The position numbers and the translations under genes were made by a program. Under the pieces are notes generated by a model that saw only the letters and a list, made by a program, of their open reading frames with translations, searched no databases and had not been told where the DNA came from. From Antedon mediterranea (taxonomy: Eukaryota; Animalia; Echinodermata), in assembly GCF_964355755.1 (NCBI RefSeq), contig NC_092670.1, positions 16,726,795-16,790,794 on the forward strand: a stretch of DNA of 64,000 bases, read 5' to 3'. Positions 62,477 to 64,000 of this stretch are shown here, in pieces; within the stretch, counting starts at the first letter, position 1, and the number at the start of each line of letters is the position of its first letter.

Positions 62477-63767
62477 CTTGATAGACTATAACATCGAAAA
62501 TAGACAATGCAATAAGGGTTCTTGCTAAATATGCTACCAGAATACAGTTGTACAAGATGGAGCCTATTTTTCATTGACTTGTGCCAGTGTCTCCCTCTTA
62601 TGGCGGCATATTGGAGCGTTACTAACCTTTGGTGGTGTCTGAACCTTAGAATTAATTAATAAAGGCTGAATAAAATCGTGCTACTGTACTTAATTATCGA
62701 CCTTATCGATAGGATATTCTTTAAACAATTTAGACAATGCTTTTAAAGGTGATGACATTTACACATAGGCGATCAAAATTAAGAGTATTACAGTAAAAAA
62801 ATGTACAAACTGTTATATTGATAAAAATGTTATGTATATTTTAAAAATTATTTATGTAAAGTAATTATGATTATTATTTACAGATATTTATTAATTGTCT
62901 GAATAACACTGTATCATGTTAATTACATTTGTTATTTAACTGTACTATATTGTAATTTGGTGATGATAACAATGAAAATGCAATAAAGTATATATGTTGG
63001 TTTATTAAGGCTTTTCCATGTATTATATCTATTTCAACAGCAAACCACTGTGCAAGCTCTCTTGAAGGCATGTTTACTCTCTCATGGGAACCAAGCTTAA
63101 GTGTATTTTGGATGCATTTGGTGGTGGATTTGTATTCTGTATAGAGACATATCTCTACCAGGTGTTCAGACTGATCAGTTAGTACAAAGTGCAATGATGT
63201 GGTCTATATTGTAGGTAGATGTAAGTTTAAAGCCTCCATGATGCATGTTGAAATACAAATCAAAACATTAAATCCATCCATCCATGACAGCATCTCATTT
63301 TCAACAAAGCCAAAAGCCTTTTTGTAAAACATTTTTAGATAAATGATAATATTTTACCAAGCACATCACCATTTTCTTTTTACTACGGCAGACAACATGT
63401 GCATTCATTGATCCGAGAACATTAATGTGTGCCAATTTTACATCACAGTTTGACTTATGTGAACTGAAAGACAATGATTTGATTAACACAGCAGCAATAG
63501 CAACAACGTTTTAAACAAAGTTTGACATGTTTTTTATTTTTCTAATTACAATTTTAACATTTTTGAATCACAATTTCAGTTTTATGCTATGATACCAAAA
63601 TATTCATAGCTCTCTACAAAGCAAATAAAAAGAACTTAAAAGAAATTACATTTTGTTTACTTTGCTTATATACTTACTCAGTTTAGTTTTGATACCTTTG
63701 TCCTGCAAAATGAAACTAATCATCGGATATACAAAGCAAACGTGCTCAAATGTATTGCTGTGTCAAA

Positions 63768-63962
63768 GTAATAATAATAATAAATGAAAACTTATATAGC
63801 GCCGGTATCCTCCACCCATGTGGCGCTTTGTGCATTAACAACGTGCGAGAACATCAGCGAATAGCGACGTCTTTAGGTTGGTCTTGAAACTGTTTAGACT
63901 AGTTGAGCATTTAACTGTTGCTGGTAAGCTGTTCCATACACTTGCGGCCGCAACGTAAAAAA
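63768..63962 (-). mobile_element. L2-like LINE 3' tail
   Basis: Minus strand FYVAAASVWNSLPATVKCSTSLNSFKTNLKTSLF, then GGCGCTATATAAG and (TTA)n. Confidence 0.78.
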
Positions 63963-64000
63963 GTGAAGTGAATAAAAAGTGAATGTGGTGCTTAATTAAT

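Overview
AT-rich animal genomic DNA with spliceosomal introns, probably an invertebrate deuterostome such as an echinoderm (inferred from gene and repeat content, not verified). Positions ~3.6-42.9 kb hold the 3' part of a very large + strand gene; its 5' end lies outside the window. I traced 46 coding exons with intact phases, encoding about 1970 aa: 34 Ca-binding-type EGF repeats, one CUB domain, 11 more divergent EGF repeats, one transmembrane helix and a ~110-aa cytoplasmic tail ending YENP...RTTL*. No LNR, ankyrin, LamG or avidin domain is visible, so it is not a canonical Notch, Crumbs or fibropellin. Downstream are USP22 (+, 13 exons, one GC-AG intron), MRPL27 (-, 4 exons) and MFSD11 (+, 9 exons), the last two head-to-head. 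Introns hold many independent tandem arrays (99, 30, 123, 25, 45, 9, 105, 52 bp), MITEs, LINE tails and a tRNA-derived SINE. The main points of interest are the orphan EGF-CUB receptor, a possible alternative C-terminus, and three tandem duplications that copy splice sites. All coordinates were read by eye.
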